Shown here: positions 30,147-40,977 of the stretch, in pieces
Layout: every line of letters begins with the position of its first letter
How positions within the stretch are numbered: position 1 is the first letter of the stretch
DNA from: Candidatus Altiarchaeota archaeon
Lineage (GTDB): Archaea > Altiarchaeota > Altiarchaeia > IMC4 > QMZM01
Length of the DNA: 64,000 nt
Assembly: GCA_038891095.1 (NCBI GenBank)
Contig: JAWAEV010000002.1
Span: forward strand, 1 to 64,000
Direction: 5' to 3'
Notes under the pieces: model-generated
Seen by the model: the letters and a program-made list of their open reading frames with translations, nothing else
The model's database searches: none
Told to the model about the DNA's origin: nothing
Position numbers and translations under genes: made by a program

Positions 30147-31151
30147 TTAGACTACTGGTGCCTCAACTTTTTGCAAAATTTTTGCAATTATGTCATCTTC
30201 AGTTACGCGCATTTCATAGTATTCTGGATAGAGAATAATCCTATGCCTAAGGATAGGAAATGCTAACTTTCTTATATCTGATGGCGTAACATAATTTCTA
30301 CCCTCAAGAAATGCCTTAGTTTTTGCAGTTTTCATAAATGCTATTGAAGCTCTTGGAGAAGCCCCAGATATAAGCTCTTTTCTTTTTCTTGTCTCTTCAA
30401 CAATTTTTACTGCATATTCTAGCACAGAATCTGAAACAAAAACATTCTCTTCAATTTCTTTTTGTATTATTAAAATTTCAGCAGGATTAAAAACTTTTTC
30501 AATTTTCTCTGTTTTAAGTTTTGATTTCATTATCATGATTTCTTCTTCATCTGAAAGATAGCTTAAAACTGTTTTGAAAAGAAATCTGTCTTTTTGCGCT
30601 TCTGGCAGTGGGAATGTACCTTCTTGCTCTATAGGGTTTTGGGTTGCAAGAACAATAAACGGCTCAGGTAGTGGCATTGTTTTCCCACCAAGAGTAACGC
30701 GTTTTTCTTCCATGGCTTCAAGTAACGCAGACTGTGTTTTTGGTTGTGCTCTGTTTATTTCATCAACAAGAAGAATATTTGTAAATATCGGTCCTTTAAC
30801 AATTTTATATTCCCCAGTTTCTTTGTCATAGTGGACTCCTCCGAGAATATCCGTTGCAGTCACATCAGGAGTACACTGAATTCTCTTGAAATCACATTCT
30901 AATGTTTCTGCAATTGTTTTTGTCATCATGGTTTTACCCATTCCTGGAACACTCTCAAGTAGAACATGTCCATTTGAAAATAAAGCTATTAAAACATTTT
31001 CAATGACCTCATCATAACCAATTATAATCTTATGAATTTCATCATATAATTTTGAGAGTTGTTGTCTTATGTCTTTATCTCTTGTAATTGAAGCAATTTT
31101 TTCCTTTTTATTTCCTTCTTCTGATATTTCAGTTTCTTGTATATCTGCCAT
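30147..31151 (-). CDS. moxR: MoxR-family AAA+ ATPase
   Basis: GHVLLESVPGMGKT, RIQCTPD, DEINRA.PKTQSALLEAM, ATQNPIEQEGTFPLPEAQ.DRF. Confidence 0.95.
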   Translation of the reverse strand: MADIQETEISEEGNKKEKIASITRDKDIRQQLSKLYDEIHKIIIGYDEVIENVLIALFSNGHVLLESVPGMGKTMMTKTIAETLECDFKRIQCTPDVTATDILGGVHYDKETGEYKIVKGPIFTNILLVDEINRAQPKTQSALLEAMEEKRVTLGGKTMPLPEPFIVLATQNPIEQEGTFPLPEAQKDRFLFKTVLSYLSDEEEIMIMKSKLKTEKIEKVFNPAEILIIQKEIEENVFVSDSVLEYAVKIVEETRKRKELISGASPRASIAFMKTAKTKAFLEGRNYVTPSDIRKLAFPILRHRIILYPEYYEMRVTEDDIIAKILQKVEAPVV

Positions 31152-31177
31152 TTTTAATCTTCACAATTTTTATTCAA

Positions 31178-34100
31178 TTAAATATGTTCACTAACTCGTA
31201 TATAAATTTGATCACAGCCTTTCATATAGTTATTATCTTTTTCATCCTTGTAAGTTAAATCCAATGGTTTAAATTTATATTCGCCAAGAACTTTTGGGGT
31301 TATCACCAAAAAGAATCTACTGCTTCTACCTGGCTCAAGTTTCGGAATTTTTTCAATTGTTTGCTTAAGCTCAAATTCTTTTGGAATTCTCAATATGAAA
31401 TTCAAATCAAAAATTTCTTTGTTAGATTTATTTATAACCTTCACGATAATTGAGTGAGGTGTATTGATTTTTGCCTCTGTTGGATATTCTAACTCAAGAG
31501 CAATATCTGGGCTAACTTGGATGTCTCGCATAAGTGCTTTTGCTTCTCTTTGATTTTTATCAAGAAATTCTTCATATTCTTTATCAAAATCTCCCTTCTT
31601 TATAACTTCTTCAAAAAGATGTATAGAATTTTCTAACAGCGATGAAACTTTTGTATAATCGCCATGTTGTATTGCAAATTTTGCTTGAACTTTTGAAAGA
31701 AGTGCTTTCTCTATCATGATTTGGTATTCTAAGCTAAGTTTTTCCTTTTGTGTTATAACCAATTCTTTTGCTTTTTCATAATATTCTATGCTCATTGAAT
31801 GATATTTTTCTGATTCCTCTAATAGATATAGCGCCTCATAACAGTTAGCTACTCTTGCATATGTTTCAGCAACTGCATGGAGTTTAACAACATCAAGTTT
31901 TTCTTTAAGTAGGAGTTCAGAATATTTAAGATAGTTTTCAATAGCTCTTTTGTAATTTTCCTTAGATGCTGCGTCTTCGTTAAACTTTCCATAAACTTCT
32001 GCCATGCCACGATAGCCCTCAGCAGCATGATAATAATTCTGATTTTTAAGCTGAGTTTCTGTATACTCTCTATAAGAATTTATAGTAAATTTATAATCTT
32101 TGAAGTCCATACTTGGCTTTTCAACAACTTTTACATTCACATTATTTGAAGCTTTTACATATTTATTTCCTGAAGAATCTCTATAATAAAGTTCAAGTGG
32201 CCTTATTCTATAATCACCAACTTTCAATGGAAGTATCTCTATAGAGTTTTTAACTTCTTCATTAACATCGAGTTTGTCAATAGGTGTTGGGAGAACAACA
32301 ACTTTAAGTTCGTTTGGTATGTGAGAGAGAAATTTCAGATCATATACTGGTTTACCGCTTTGGTTTTTTATAACAGCATTTATTACAACTGGCGTGTTAA
32401 TAAAAGTGTAAGAGCTTTTGTCCATCAAAAGAGAGACTTCTGGTTTTGTGATAATATCTTGTAAAAGTTTCTCGCTTTCATTTTTCTGTTTTTCAATGAA
32501 GGAAAGGTATTCCTTAGAGAAATTTTCCTTATCTAATGAATTAAAAATTTCCCCTGCCTCTCTGAGAAGGGATATTGCGTTTTCATAGTCTCCCTGTCTT
32601 ATAAACAATTCAGCATTTACTCTAGCTAAGAGAGCTCTTGAGATTTTCTCTTCATCCAAAAGTTTGTTCTTCTCATAGTAATCTAAAGCTTTTTCAAAAT
32701 ATTTTTTTGCGCTTGCTGTTTCATTCATAAGCAAATAAGATTCAGCAATATTCCTTAAAGTGTTACCGTCATTTTCTTCATCTTGTTTTTTAAATTCAGC
32801 ATATTTTGAGTGCTCAAGGTGTTTCAAGTAAGCATGAATTGCTCTTGCGTAGTATGCTTTTGAGTTTGTGTTGTCATTCAGTTTATCATAACAGTTAGCA
32901 ATACTCTTATAAGCACTTCCTGCTTTAAAAAATCTACTTTCAGATTCAGCAGATATTGCATATTTTGAATAAACTCTTATTGCATTTTTATAATCCTCTG
33001 CTCGTTGATATGCTAAACCTGCCTTTTCAAAATTTCCAGATTTCTCATGGAAATTAGCACTCTCAAAATATGCTTTTATACCCTTATCATATCTCTCTAT
33101 TTTAAATTCAAGTTCTGCTATCTTTTCAAAAATCTCTGCAGCTTTTTCATACTTAGATAGTTTTTCATAACAATCAGAAGCTTTTTCATAATTCTTTATA
33201 GCTTTTTCAATTTCATTTTTCTTTATATACTCCTCTGCATTTTTTATGTAAAACTCAGAAGCTTTTTCATATCCCTTCAAACTTTCTTTATCTTTTTCTG
33301 CGACTCCAAATTCTGCGTACTGGAAATAGAAATTTGCAGCGTTTTCTATGTCACCTAAAATTTCATAGCATCTTGCAATGTCTCTATAGAACATTGCTGT
33401 CTCTAAATTCTCCTTTAAATTTAGACTTATCTGAGCTGCTTTTTGATAGTTTTCTATACTTTGCGGATATGATCTTAAAGCTTCGTAACATCTACCGATA
33501 CCATAATAACACAATTTTTTTATTTTATCATCTCCAAGCTCTAAAGCTTTTGTGTAGTAGTGAATTGCATTTTTATAATCCTGTAGATTTTCATATGCTT
33601 GACCTACCTTACAATAAAGTTCAGATACCTTTTGGTATTGTTCAAGCTCAGATGCTATTTCTGAAGCGTGGAGATAAAATTTTATCTCAGTTGAATAATC
33701 TTGCAACTTCTGATATGCATTACCAGCATTCTCATAATTGTTAATTGCTTCCCTAAGATTTTTTATCTTTTTGTTTATTTCAGCTGCTATTTCATAAACC
33801 TTTGCTGCTTTCTCAAATATATTACCTTTTTCAAAAAGCTCTGCAGCTTTCACATAAGCTGAAGACGCCATCAAAAGACTTCTATTTTTATAGTACATCT
33901 GTGCAATTTTTACATAGCTTAATGCCGCTTTATCATACTTCTCAATGTTTTGATATGATTTTGATGCCTCTTCATAATATATATGAGCTGTTTTATAGTC
34001 TTTTTTTTCTATTGACATAATTGCTGCCTTTTCATAATATTCTGCTGATTTTTCAATATCAATAATTCTATCTTCAGGACGAAGATGTTTTGTATTTCTA

Positions 34101-34360
34101 TAACATTCTGCAATTGTTACATAGTAAGGAATAAGCTCGAAATATGCTTTTATACCATACTCCGGCCTTTCTTTAATGACCCTTAGTTTTATTTCTAAGA
34201 ATTTCAAATAGAAGTTAATAGCTTCTTTATAATTTTTTTTCAACTCAGCATCTTTTGCTTTCTTAAGTAGCCTACTCATTGAAAAGTCCTCTGTTTTTTG
34301 CTGAATCCATTTTTTTAGTCCATCATCCTTTTTAAATCCATCCAAAAAATTTCCACACAT
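31178..34360 (-). CDS. Large TPR/SNAP-like alpha-solenoid protein with two Ig-like (BatD/CARDB-like) beta domains
   Basis: Repeated A..Y..AA..Y helices; two beta-rich modules ending G.Y...PL.L.Y.D..N.Y; no signal peptide; start 34360 or 34279. Confidence 0.75.
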   Translation of the reverse strand: MCGNFLDGFKKDDGLKKWIQQKTEDFSMSRLLKKAKDAELKKNYKEAINFYLKFLEIKLRVIKERPEYGIKAYFELIPYYVTIAECYRNTKHLRPEDRIIDIEKSAEYYEKAAIMSIEKKDYKTAHIYYEEASKSYQNIEKYDKAALSYVKIAQMYYKNRSLLMASSAYVKAAELFEKGNIFEKAAKVYEIAAEINKKIKNLREAINNYENAGNAYQKLQDYSTEIKFYLHASEIASELEQYQKVSELYCKVGQAYENLQDYKNAIHYYTKALELGDDKIKKLCYYGIGRCYEALRSYPQSIENYQKAAQISLNLKENLETAMFYRDIARCYEILGDIENAANFYFQYAEFGVAEKDKESLKGYEKASEFYIKNAEEYIKKNEIEKAIKNYEKASDCYEKLSKYEKAAEIFEKIAELEFKIERYDKGIKAYFESANFHEKSGNFEKAGLAYQRAEDYKNAIRVYSKYAISAESESRFFKAGSAYKSIANCYDKLNDNTNSKAYYARAIHAYLKHLEHSKYAEFKKQDEENDGNTLRNIAESYLLMNETASAKKYFEKALDYYEKNKLLDEEKISRALLARVNAELFIRQGDYENAISLLREAGEIFNSLDKENFSKEYLSFIEKQKNESEKLLQDIITKPEVSLLMDKSSYTFINTPVVINAVIKNQSGKPVYDLKFLSHIPNELKVVVLPTPIDKLDVNEEVKNSIEILPLKVGDYRIRPLELYYRDSSGNKYVKASNNVNVKVVEKPSMDFKDYKFTINSYREYTETQLKNQNYYHAAEGYRGMAEVYGKFNEDAASKENYKRAIENYLKYSELLLKEKLDVVKLHAVAETYARVANCYEALYLLEESEKYHSMSIEYYEKAKELVITQKEKLSLEYQIMIEKALLSKVQAKFAIQHGDYTKVSSLLENSIHLFEEVIKKGDFDKEYEEFLDKNQREAKALMRDIQVSPDIALELEYPTEAKINTPHSIIVKVINKSNKEIFDLNFILRIPKEFELKQTIEKIPKLEPGRSSRFFLVITPKVLGEYKFKPLDLTYKDEKDNNYMKGCDQIYIRVSEHI

Positions 34361-34416
34361 TTTATCTAATTGTTTATTAATAACTTTTATGGCTAAGATA
34401 TATATAGTTTTAGAAA

Positions 34417-36126
34417 ATGTACAATTACATAAGGAATGAAATAAAAAGATCAATTGAAAATTTTATAGGTGAAAAAATTCAAGTTGATGAGATTCAAGAA
34501 TCTAAGATAGCTGACTTCTCATTTAAAACTTTTAAAATTGCAGAGAAATTAGGTAAGAAACAAGATGTTCTCGCAAATGAAATTTCCCTTGGAGTAAAAA
34601 GCTTGAAATTTATTGAAAGAGTTTCATCAGAAGGTGCATATGTAAATTTCTTTCTAAATTATCCAAAGACACTTAAGGAATTTCTAAAAAATATCAGAAA
34701 GGATAAAAATTATGGGAAAGGTAAAGTAAAAAAGAGGAAGATAATTTTAGAGCATACTTCAATAAATCCTTCTGGACCAATACATGTTGGCAGACTTAGA
34801 AATTCTCTCATTGGCGATGCACTTAAAAGAATATTAAATTTTTATGGATATGAAGTTGAGACCCATTACTATGTTAATGACATAGGAAAACAAATTGCGA
34901 TAATTGCTCAGGGCTTTGCTGATGACATAAAGTATGATAATGAAATATCAAAAAAATATAAATGCTATGAAAATAAGGAAGACTTTCAGATTTTCTTTGA
35001 ATATGTTGTTGCTAATAAAAAATTCCAAGAAGATCTGAAATTTCAGCAAAAAGTTCAGGATCTTATAAAAAGTGCTGAGTCTGGTAATAGAGAAGCATTA
35101 GAAAAAATAAAAGAAGTTGCAAAAAAATGCCTCGTTGGTCAGAAAAAAACCTTAGATAAGTTGAATATAAAATTTGATTCATTTGATTTTGAATCAAAGT
35201 TTATTGAAAATGGAAGTGTTGAGAAAATTTTAAAGAAATTAAAAGATAATGAGTTTGCAGTTGAGAACGAACTAGGCTTTGGGTTAAATCTTGAGAAATT
35301 TGGATTGAAGCGCAGAGATGCAATTACAGTTCTCGCAAGAAAAGATGGTACCTCAGTTTATTTAACAAGAGACCTTTGTTATCATCTTGAAAAAGCAAGA
35401 CTTGGAGATGAAATGCTGAACATACTTGGCGAAGATCATAAATTTGAATTTTTAGAATTGAAATGCATACTTGAGAATTTTCTAAAATTAAGAAAACCTT
35501 TGAGAGTGGTACATTTTTCATTTGTAAATTTTGAAGGCGAGGAGTTATCAACGAGAAAAGGTTTGATTTTAGCTGTTGATAAACTAATTGATGAAGCAAT
35601 TGAAAAAGCAAAAAATGAAATTAAAAAACGTGGCATTGCATCAGAGGAAATTGCACCAATTATAGGAATTGGTGCTATAAAATATCATATACTGAAAACC
35701 TCTCCTCAAAAACAGATAACATTTCGCTGGGAAGATGCATTAAATTTTGATGGTGAAACTGGACCCTACATACAGTATGCTCATGCTCGTTGTTGTAGTT
35801 TATTGAAAAAATTTTCTGCTGATATAGGGAAGATTAAAATTGATAGTATCTGCACAGAACTTTCTGATGAAGAAAAATCCTTACTGAAAAAATTGATTAA
35901 ATTTCCATATATAGTTGAAAATTCTGTAAATGAATTAAAGCCGAATATCTTAGCAAGTTATCTTTATGAGCTTTCATCAGAGTTTAGCAGGTTTTACAAG
36001 AAATGTCAAGTTTTAGGTGTTGAAAAGGGAATTTCAGAAAGAAGAATTTTGCTCGTGGATGCTACAAGAATTGTAATAAAAAAAGGTTTAGAGCTATTAG
36101 GAATTGATGCCCCAGAAAGAATGTAA
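34417..36126 (+). CDS. argS: Arginine--tRNA ligase
   Basis: EHTSINPSGPIHVGRLRN (HIGH), LSTRKG, PYIQYAHAR, C-terminal GIDAPERM. Confidence 0.97.
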   Translation: MYNYIRNEIKRSIENFIGEKIQVDEIQESKIADFSFKTFKIAEKLGKKQDVLANEISLGVKSLKFIERVSSEGAYVNFFLNYPKTLKEFLKNIRKDKNYGKGKVKKRKIILEHTSINPSGPIHVGRLRNSLIGDALKRILNFYGYEVETHYYVNDIGKQIAIIAQGFADDIKYDNEISKKYKCYENKEDFQIFFEYVVANKKFQEDLKFQQKVQDLIKSAESGNREALEKIKEVAKKCLVGQKKTLDKLNIKFDSFDFESKFIENGSVEKILKKLKDNEFAVENELGFGLNLEKFGLKRRDAITVLARKDGTSVYLTRDLCYHLEKARLGDEMLNILGEDHKFEFLELKCILENFLKLRKPLRVVHFSFVNFEGEELSTRKGLILAVDKLIDEAIEKAKNEIKKRGIASEEIAPIIGIGAIKYHILKTSPQKQITFRWEDALNFDGETGPYIQYAHARCCSLLKKFSADIGKIKIDSICTELSDEEKSLLKKLIKFPYIVENSVNELKPNILASYLYELSSEFSRFYKKCQVLGVEKGISERRILLVDATRIVIKKGLELLGIDAPERM

Positions 36127-36128
36127 AA

Positions 36129-36335
36129 ATGAAAAAACTTAAATGTCCAAAGTGTGGTAGTGAAAATATTGTTGAGGCAGGAATTTTACCTTTAGGTTAT
36201 GGTTCATTAGATCAGAGATATACATGCAGAGATTGCCACTATACTGGACCATTTATTTTTGATGAGGAAAAAACTAAAGAAAAGGGTATTATTGCAGATC
36301 TAAAAGAAATTAAGAGGAAATTAAAAGATAAATAG
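36129..36335 (+). CDS. Small zinc-ribbon protein
   Basis: CPKCGS...Y.CRDCHY.GP; starts 2 bp after argS. Confidence 0.75.
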   Translation: MKKLKCPKCGSENIVEAGILPLGYGSLDQRYTCRDCHYTGPFIFDEEKTKEKGIIADLKEIKRKLKDK

Positions 36336-36353
36336 TTAACAGATAACTAACAG

Positions 36354-36725
36354 CTAAACTATAATTTCTTCAAAAACTTTATATTCATCATTTATTGAAA
36401 TTGTAAAATTTTTCTTTTTTAGTAAATCCTGAATTTTATAAAATCTTGGTTCCTTTCTGTTAAATTTCACTGCTATATAAATGTCAAATTCCGATATAGG
36501 TAAAATTTTCTTAAGTTCAAGAATCGTCTCCTTTAAGCTAATACCTCTCTTTTTTGTTGTTTTGCATTCAATCATCAAAACTTTCCTACCTTTAATAGCT
36601 ATAATATCAGGAATTATAAATTTCATTATACCTGAGCCAGCTGATCTAAAAGAAATCCATCCATTTTCATGGAATTTATTTACGAGAAAACGCTCAAAAC
36701 GAGCACCTTTTTCATAGAGTGTCAT
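36354..36725 (-). CDS. hjc: Holliday junction resolvase Hjc
   Basis: KGARFER.L, RSAGSG, PDIIA, IECK. Confidence 0.92.
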   Translation of the reverse strand: MTLYEKGARFERFLVNKFHENGWISFRSAGSGIMKFIIPDIIAIKGRKVLMIECKTTKKRGISLKETILELKKILPISEFDIYIAVKFNRKEPRFYKIQDLLKKKNFTISINDEYKVFEEIIV

Positions 36726-36821
36726 TGTTGATATGGCTTTAAATTAAAAAGATTTTTATTTTTTAAATTTTAAGAAATTAATCTTTAAACCTCTCATTAA
36801 CCCTGCTATTGAAACTTTAGT

Positions 36822-37598
36822 TTAAATCCAAACTATCAACTTTACATTCGTTAAATTTCGTTGCTGTAATGTCTCAACTGGGTAAACATTAAAAAACATT
36901 GTTTCCTCTGAGAAGTCTATGTCTACATCGCCATCACTATCAATATCCAACTTTTTGAGCAATCTATAAATTGCATCATCTGCTGAGTCATTTGTTACTA
37001 TGCCTGAGGTAGTGTAGACATATGAATTATCACCAGAGCAATTTATTGGAATACAAACTTTTGAAGTTCCTGTGTTGTGAGAAAATGTCCAATTAGATCC
37101 TAAAAAAATTTTAAAAGAATCTCCATATGAAACACTACTGATAGTATATGTTAAATTTCTATTGCTGTCATTATAGATGAGAGATGCTCTTGCGATAAAA
37201 ACTCTCTCTGGAAGGGAAAAAAATCTTGAAGCCTTTTCTTTATATCTTGCTAATGTGTCATTTTCAGTTAAAATTTTTTCAAAAAGAGTCTCATCATTTA
37301 TCTTAAAACGATAATTAATTCTCTCAAGGATTTTGTCAAGTATGCCACTTGCTTTCTCTTTTGCAGTAATTTTATCACCATTATAATACTCAAAAAGAAT
37401 TTCATCAATTATATGACTTTTACTCATAATATCCATTGCATTCTCAGCATTATAATGTAAACTAATAAAAAAATTTCTCTCGTTAGTCTTTAAATATCCT
37501 AATGAAATTAGAGAAGAAATTACCACAATAATTAAAACAAGTGCTATTAGTGCATCCCAAGTCATTACATAACCCTTGCTCTTAATGATTTTTAGCAT
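36822..37598 (-). CDS. Pilin-like protein with class III signal peptide
   Basis: KSKG|YVMTWDALIALVLIIVVI pattern; DIDSDGDVD Ca-loop-like motif near the C-terminus. Confidence 0.6.
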   Translation of the reverse strand: MLKIIKSKGYVMTWDALIALVLIIVVISSLISLGYLKTNERNFFISLHYNAENAMDIMSKSHIIDEILFEYYNGDKITAKEKASGILDKILERINYRFKINDETLFEKILTENDTLARYKEKASRFFSLPERVFIARASLIYNDSNRNLTYTISSVSYGDSFKIFLGSNWTFSHNTGTSKVCIPINCSGDNSYVYTTSGIVTNDSADDAIYRLLKKLDIDSDGDVDIDFSEETMFFNVYPVETLQQRNLTNVKLIVWI

Positions 37599-38125
37599 AT
37601 TCCTTCTTCTATTAGAACAACACCATTTGATTCAAAAATAGCATTTAGTGTTGCAGTAATCGCAGCAGTTATATATTTTTCTTCTGTTGTTTTTCTAAGA
37701 ATATCAACAATGAATAATGCATCTGTAACAGATGACTCTAAAAGAACTTCTTTAACTTTATCTTTTATCTTTTCTATAATTTCGCTTTTTATTTTCACTT
37801 CTGAAATCACAGCAAGAGGTTTTATACCGTCCCCAAGTTCTGAAGGTATCAAAGAAACCCTCAAAATATTTTCGACATCAGTTCCTTTTCCCGAATTATC
37901 AAGTGTTGCACCAATTTTTTTGAATTCAAGAATGTTTATATTTACAACACCCAACTTTTGTAGAGCTTCTTTTACTTCATGGAAATTTTCACTTTTTAAT
38001 TTTAGTGTGAACTCTCTACCTATAAGAGACATCTCAATAATTTTATCCTGTGGCAAATTTTGTGTTAATTTCTCTAAATCTCCATGATATGAACCAGAGA
38101 GAGCAATTGTGTGCATTGGTTTCAT
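37592..38125 (-). CDS. Hypothetical protein
   Basis: 177-aa ORF overlapping the next gene by 7 bp; no family recognised. Confidence 0.6.
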   Translation of the reverse strand: MKPMHTIALSGSYHGDLEKLTQNLPQDKIIEMSLIGREFTLKLKSENFHEVKEALQKLGVVNINILEFKKIGATLDNSGKGTDVENILRVSLIPSELGDGIKPLAVISEVKIKSEIIEKIKDKVKEVLLESSVTDALFIVDILRKTTEEKYITAAITATLNAIFESNGVVLIEEGIC

Positions 38126-38191
38126 TTTTAATTATTAACAATATATTATTAGAAGAGATTAAATTAAAATTGTATATCATATAAATTCAAA

Positions 38192-38719
38192 ATGATAAAG
38201 AGATTGATTGAAGCTGCGCTGTTTATGAGTAACTCACCACTAAGCATTGAGGAACTTGCAAGAATCTGTTCAACGGGAGATTTTGGACTTATCAGAAGAG
38301 CTATTGAAGAACTTCAAATGGAGTATTCTGAAAGAAATTCTGCTTTAGAAATTTTAAAAATAGGAAATGGCTATAAAATGAAAGTTGTCTCAGAGTTAGA
38401 GCAGAATGTCGCAAATTTAGCATCTCTGCCTGAGATATCACCATCAATTTTAAAAACCTTGGCTTTAATAGCTTACTCTCAGCCAATAACTCAGTCAAGA
38501 ATTGCAAAGCAGAGGGGCAGTAAAGTTTATAAGCATATAAAAACCCTTCTAAAGGAGGAATTTATATCTGCAGAAAAATACAAAAGAAGCAAACTTTTGA
38601 GAACAACACAAAAATTTAAAGAATACTTCCAAATTGAGGATCTAAGTGAACTGAAAAAAATTGAGGCAAAATTGGATAAATTTAATGGCAAAGTAAAAAA
38701 GCAAAATAATATTTTATGA
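38192..38719 (+). CDS. scpB: SMC-Scp complex subunit ScpB
   Basis: IEAALF, TLALIAYSQPITQ, TTQKFKEYF. Confidence 0.92.
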   Translation: MIKRLIEAALFMSNSPLSIEELARICSTGDFGLIRRAIEELQMEYSERNSALEILKIGNGYKMKVVSELEQNVANLASLPEISPSILKTLALIAYSQPITQSRIAKQRGSKVYKHIKTLLKEEFISAEKYKRSKLLRTTQKFKEYFQIEDLSELKKIEAKLDKFNGKVKKQNNIL

Positions 38720-39447
38720 GAATTTATGTTGGTTGTTGTGGGTTCCCTATTGCTATGAATGAATACTTTAGAAGGTTTAATTTAGTTGAATTGCAGTCAA
38801 CCTTCTATAAATTACCATCAGAGAGAACAGCAGAAAAATGGCGTTCTAATGCTCCAAAAAATTTTAAATTTACCCTAAAGGCATTTCAGGGAATTTCTCA
38901 CCCAATAGAGAGCCCAACATGGAGAAAATTTTCTAAGGTAAAAATTGAAAGTTTAAAAGGTAGAGTTGGATTTTTAAAGCCAACTCCTGAAGTTTTTGAA
39001 TTTTTTGAAAGAACTATCAAAATTTGTAAAGTGCTAAAAGCAGAAATTTGTCTAATACAGTTACCAGCGAGCTTTACTGATACCAAAGAAAATTTTGAAA
39101 ATGCTGAAAAGTTTTTTTCAGAGATTAAGAAAAATAAAGTGAAAATTGCTTTAGAGCTTCGTGGATGGTCTCAACAAAATTCAAAGCTAATATGTAAAAA
39201 ATTTAATCTGATTGAAGTCACTGATCCTTTTATAAGAATGCCATCATATATCAAAGAGATTGTATACTTTAGATTACATGGAAGTTATGAAAAAAGGAAG
39301 ATTAATTATAACTACAAATACAGTAGTGGAGAACTTAAAGAGTTATTAAAAAAGATAGAAAGCTTAACTAATGTAAAAGAGGTTTATTGTCTTTTCAACA
39401 ATCTTTTTATGAAAGAGAACGCAATTGAATTTAGAAAATTGATTTAA
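38716..39447 (+). CDS. DUF72 family protein
   Basis: VGCCGF, VELQSTFY, QLPASF, YFRLHG, FNN. Confidence 0.92.
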   Translation: MRIYVGCCGFPIAMNEYFRRFNLVELQSTFYKLPSERTAEKWRSNAPKNFKFTLKAFQGISHPIESPTWRKFSKVKIESLKGRVGFLKPTPEVFEFFERTIKICKVLKAEICLIQLPASFTDTKENFENAEKFFSEIKKNKVKIALELRGWSQQNSKLICKKFNLIEVTDPFIRMPSYIKEIVYFRLHGSYEKRKINYNYKYSSGELKELLKKIESLTNVKEVYCLFNNLFMKENAIEFRKLI

Positions 39448-39497
39448 AAATGTTCAGTCTTTATTATTAATAAACATCTATCTATGGAGGTAAAAAA

Positions 39498-40052
39498 ATG
39501 ATTTTATGGATTCTTGGTTTTTTGGTTTTAGTAGTACTGATTTTTGTGTATTATTACAACAAGATTGTTGTTTTGGGCAATAGAATAGATAATGCATGGG
39601 CTCAAATTGATGTCCAACTAAAGAAAAGAGCAGATTTAGTACCAAATTTAATTGAGACCGTGCAAGCTTATATGAAGCATGAGCAGAAGGCTATAAAAAT
39701 GGTAACTGAAGCTAGAGAGAAAATGCTATCAGCAAAAACTGTTGAAGAAAAAGCAAAAGCAGGCAATGTTCTCGAAGGTGCACTAAAGACAGTTTTCGCT
39801 TTAGCTGAGAATTATCCTCAGTTAAGAGCAAGTGAAAATTTTGCAAAATTACAAGAGGAACTTTCCGATATAGAAGATAAGATTGCTTACACGAGGCAAT
39901 TTTATAATGATTCAGTTTTAGTATACAATAACACAATAACAACAATCCCAGGCATGTGGTTTGCTGCAATAATGGGTAGAACTCAACAAAAACCATACTT
40001 AGAAATTCCTGAAAAGGCAAGAGAAGTTCCAAAAGTAAAATTTGATGTATGA
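39498..40052 (+). CDS. lemA: LemA family protein
   Basis: NAWAQIDVQLKKRADLVPNL, AENYPQLRA, RQFYND; GGAGG RBS. Confidence 0.95.
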   Translation: MILWILGFLVLVVLIFVYYYNKIVVLGNRIDNAWAQIDVQLKKRADLVPNLIETVQAYMKHEQKAIKMVTEAREKMLSAKTVEEKAKAGNVLEGALKTVFALAENYPQLRASENFAKLQEELSDIEDKIAYTRQFYNDSVLVYNNTITTIPGMWFAAIMGRTQQKPYLEIPEKAREVPKVKFDV

Positions 40053-40963
40053 AAATGCAAATGGCTGAGAGAAAATTTATTTCATTTCATGACCAAATTG
40101 CAAGAAATAAAAGGAATTCCTACTTGCTTTTTATCTTTATTTTTTTTGTTTTTATTGCATTAGGTTGGGTTATAGCTAAAATTTACGATCCTGGATTAAC
40201 ATTCATAATCCTAATTTTTTCAATAATTTTCTCTTTAGCATACACATGGTTCACATATGAAAATTCAGCACAAATAGTTTTAAGATCAGTGAATGCCTAT
40301 CCTGCAGAAGGTGAAAAATTTAGACATTTGAGAAACATGGTTGAAGGTTTAGCATTAGCTTCTGGTTTACCTATGCCAAAGGTTTATGTAATGCCATCAA
40401 AAGAAATAAATGCTTTTGCAACTGGTAAAGATCCAAAGCATAGTGTTGTCTGCATTACTGAAGGTGCACTTGAAAATCTTTCAGATTCTGAGCTTGAGGG
40501 CGTTTTAGGTCATGAGATGACCCATATTGCAAATTATGACATTAGATTTGTGACATTGGTTTCGGTTATGGTAGGTATAGTTGCAATTGCAAGTGAACTT
40601 TTCTTGAGAAGTATGTTTTATAATAGGGAAAGAAAAGGTGGCAGAAGTACTGTATATCTGGTAATTTTAGGAATAATTTTGGCAATTATTGCTCCTATAA
40701 TAGTAAAGTTAGTCCAATTTGCAATTTCAAGAAAAAGAGAGTATGCAGCAGATGCAGGAGCTGTGCAGTTAACAAGAAACCCAAAAGGTTTAATAAATGC
40801 TCTTAAAAAAATTGATCTCTTCTACTCTCAGTACAGAAAAACAATTGCAAATCAAGCTGTTGCGCCAATGTTCTTAGCTGATCCTATAGGCAGAAGAATT
40901 ATAAATTTGTTTAATACGCATCCGCCAATTGAAGAAAGAATAAAAATTTTAGAATCAATGTAA
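40049..40963 (+). CDS. htpX: Zinc metalloprotease HtpX (M48)
   Basis: NAFATG, HEMTH, SRKREYAAD, THPPIEERI; follows lemA. Confidence 0.93.
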   Translation: MKMQMAERKFISFHDQIARNKRNSYLLFIFIFFVFIALGWVIAKIYDPGLTFIILIFSIIFSLAYTWFTYENSAQIVLRSVNAYPAEGEKFRHLRNMVEGLALASGLPMPKVYVMPSKEINAFATGKDPKHSVVCITEGALENLSDSELEGVLGHEMTHIANYDIRFVTLVSVMVGIVAIASELFLRSMFYNRERKGGRSTVYLVILGIILAIIAPIIVKLVQFAISRKREYAADAGAVQLTRNPKGLINALKKIDLFYSQYRKTIANQAVAPMFLADPIGRRIINLFNTHPPIEERIKILESM

Positions 40964-40977
40964 CTATTTTCTTAAGA

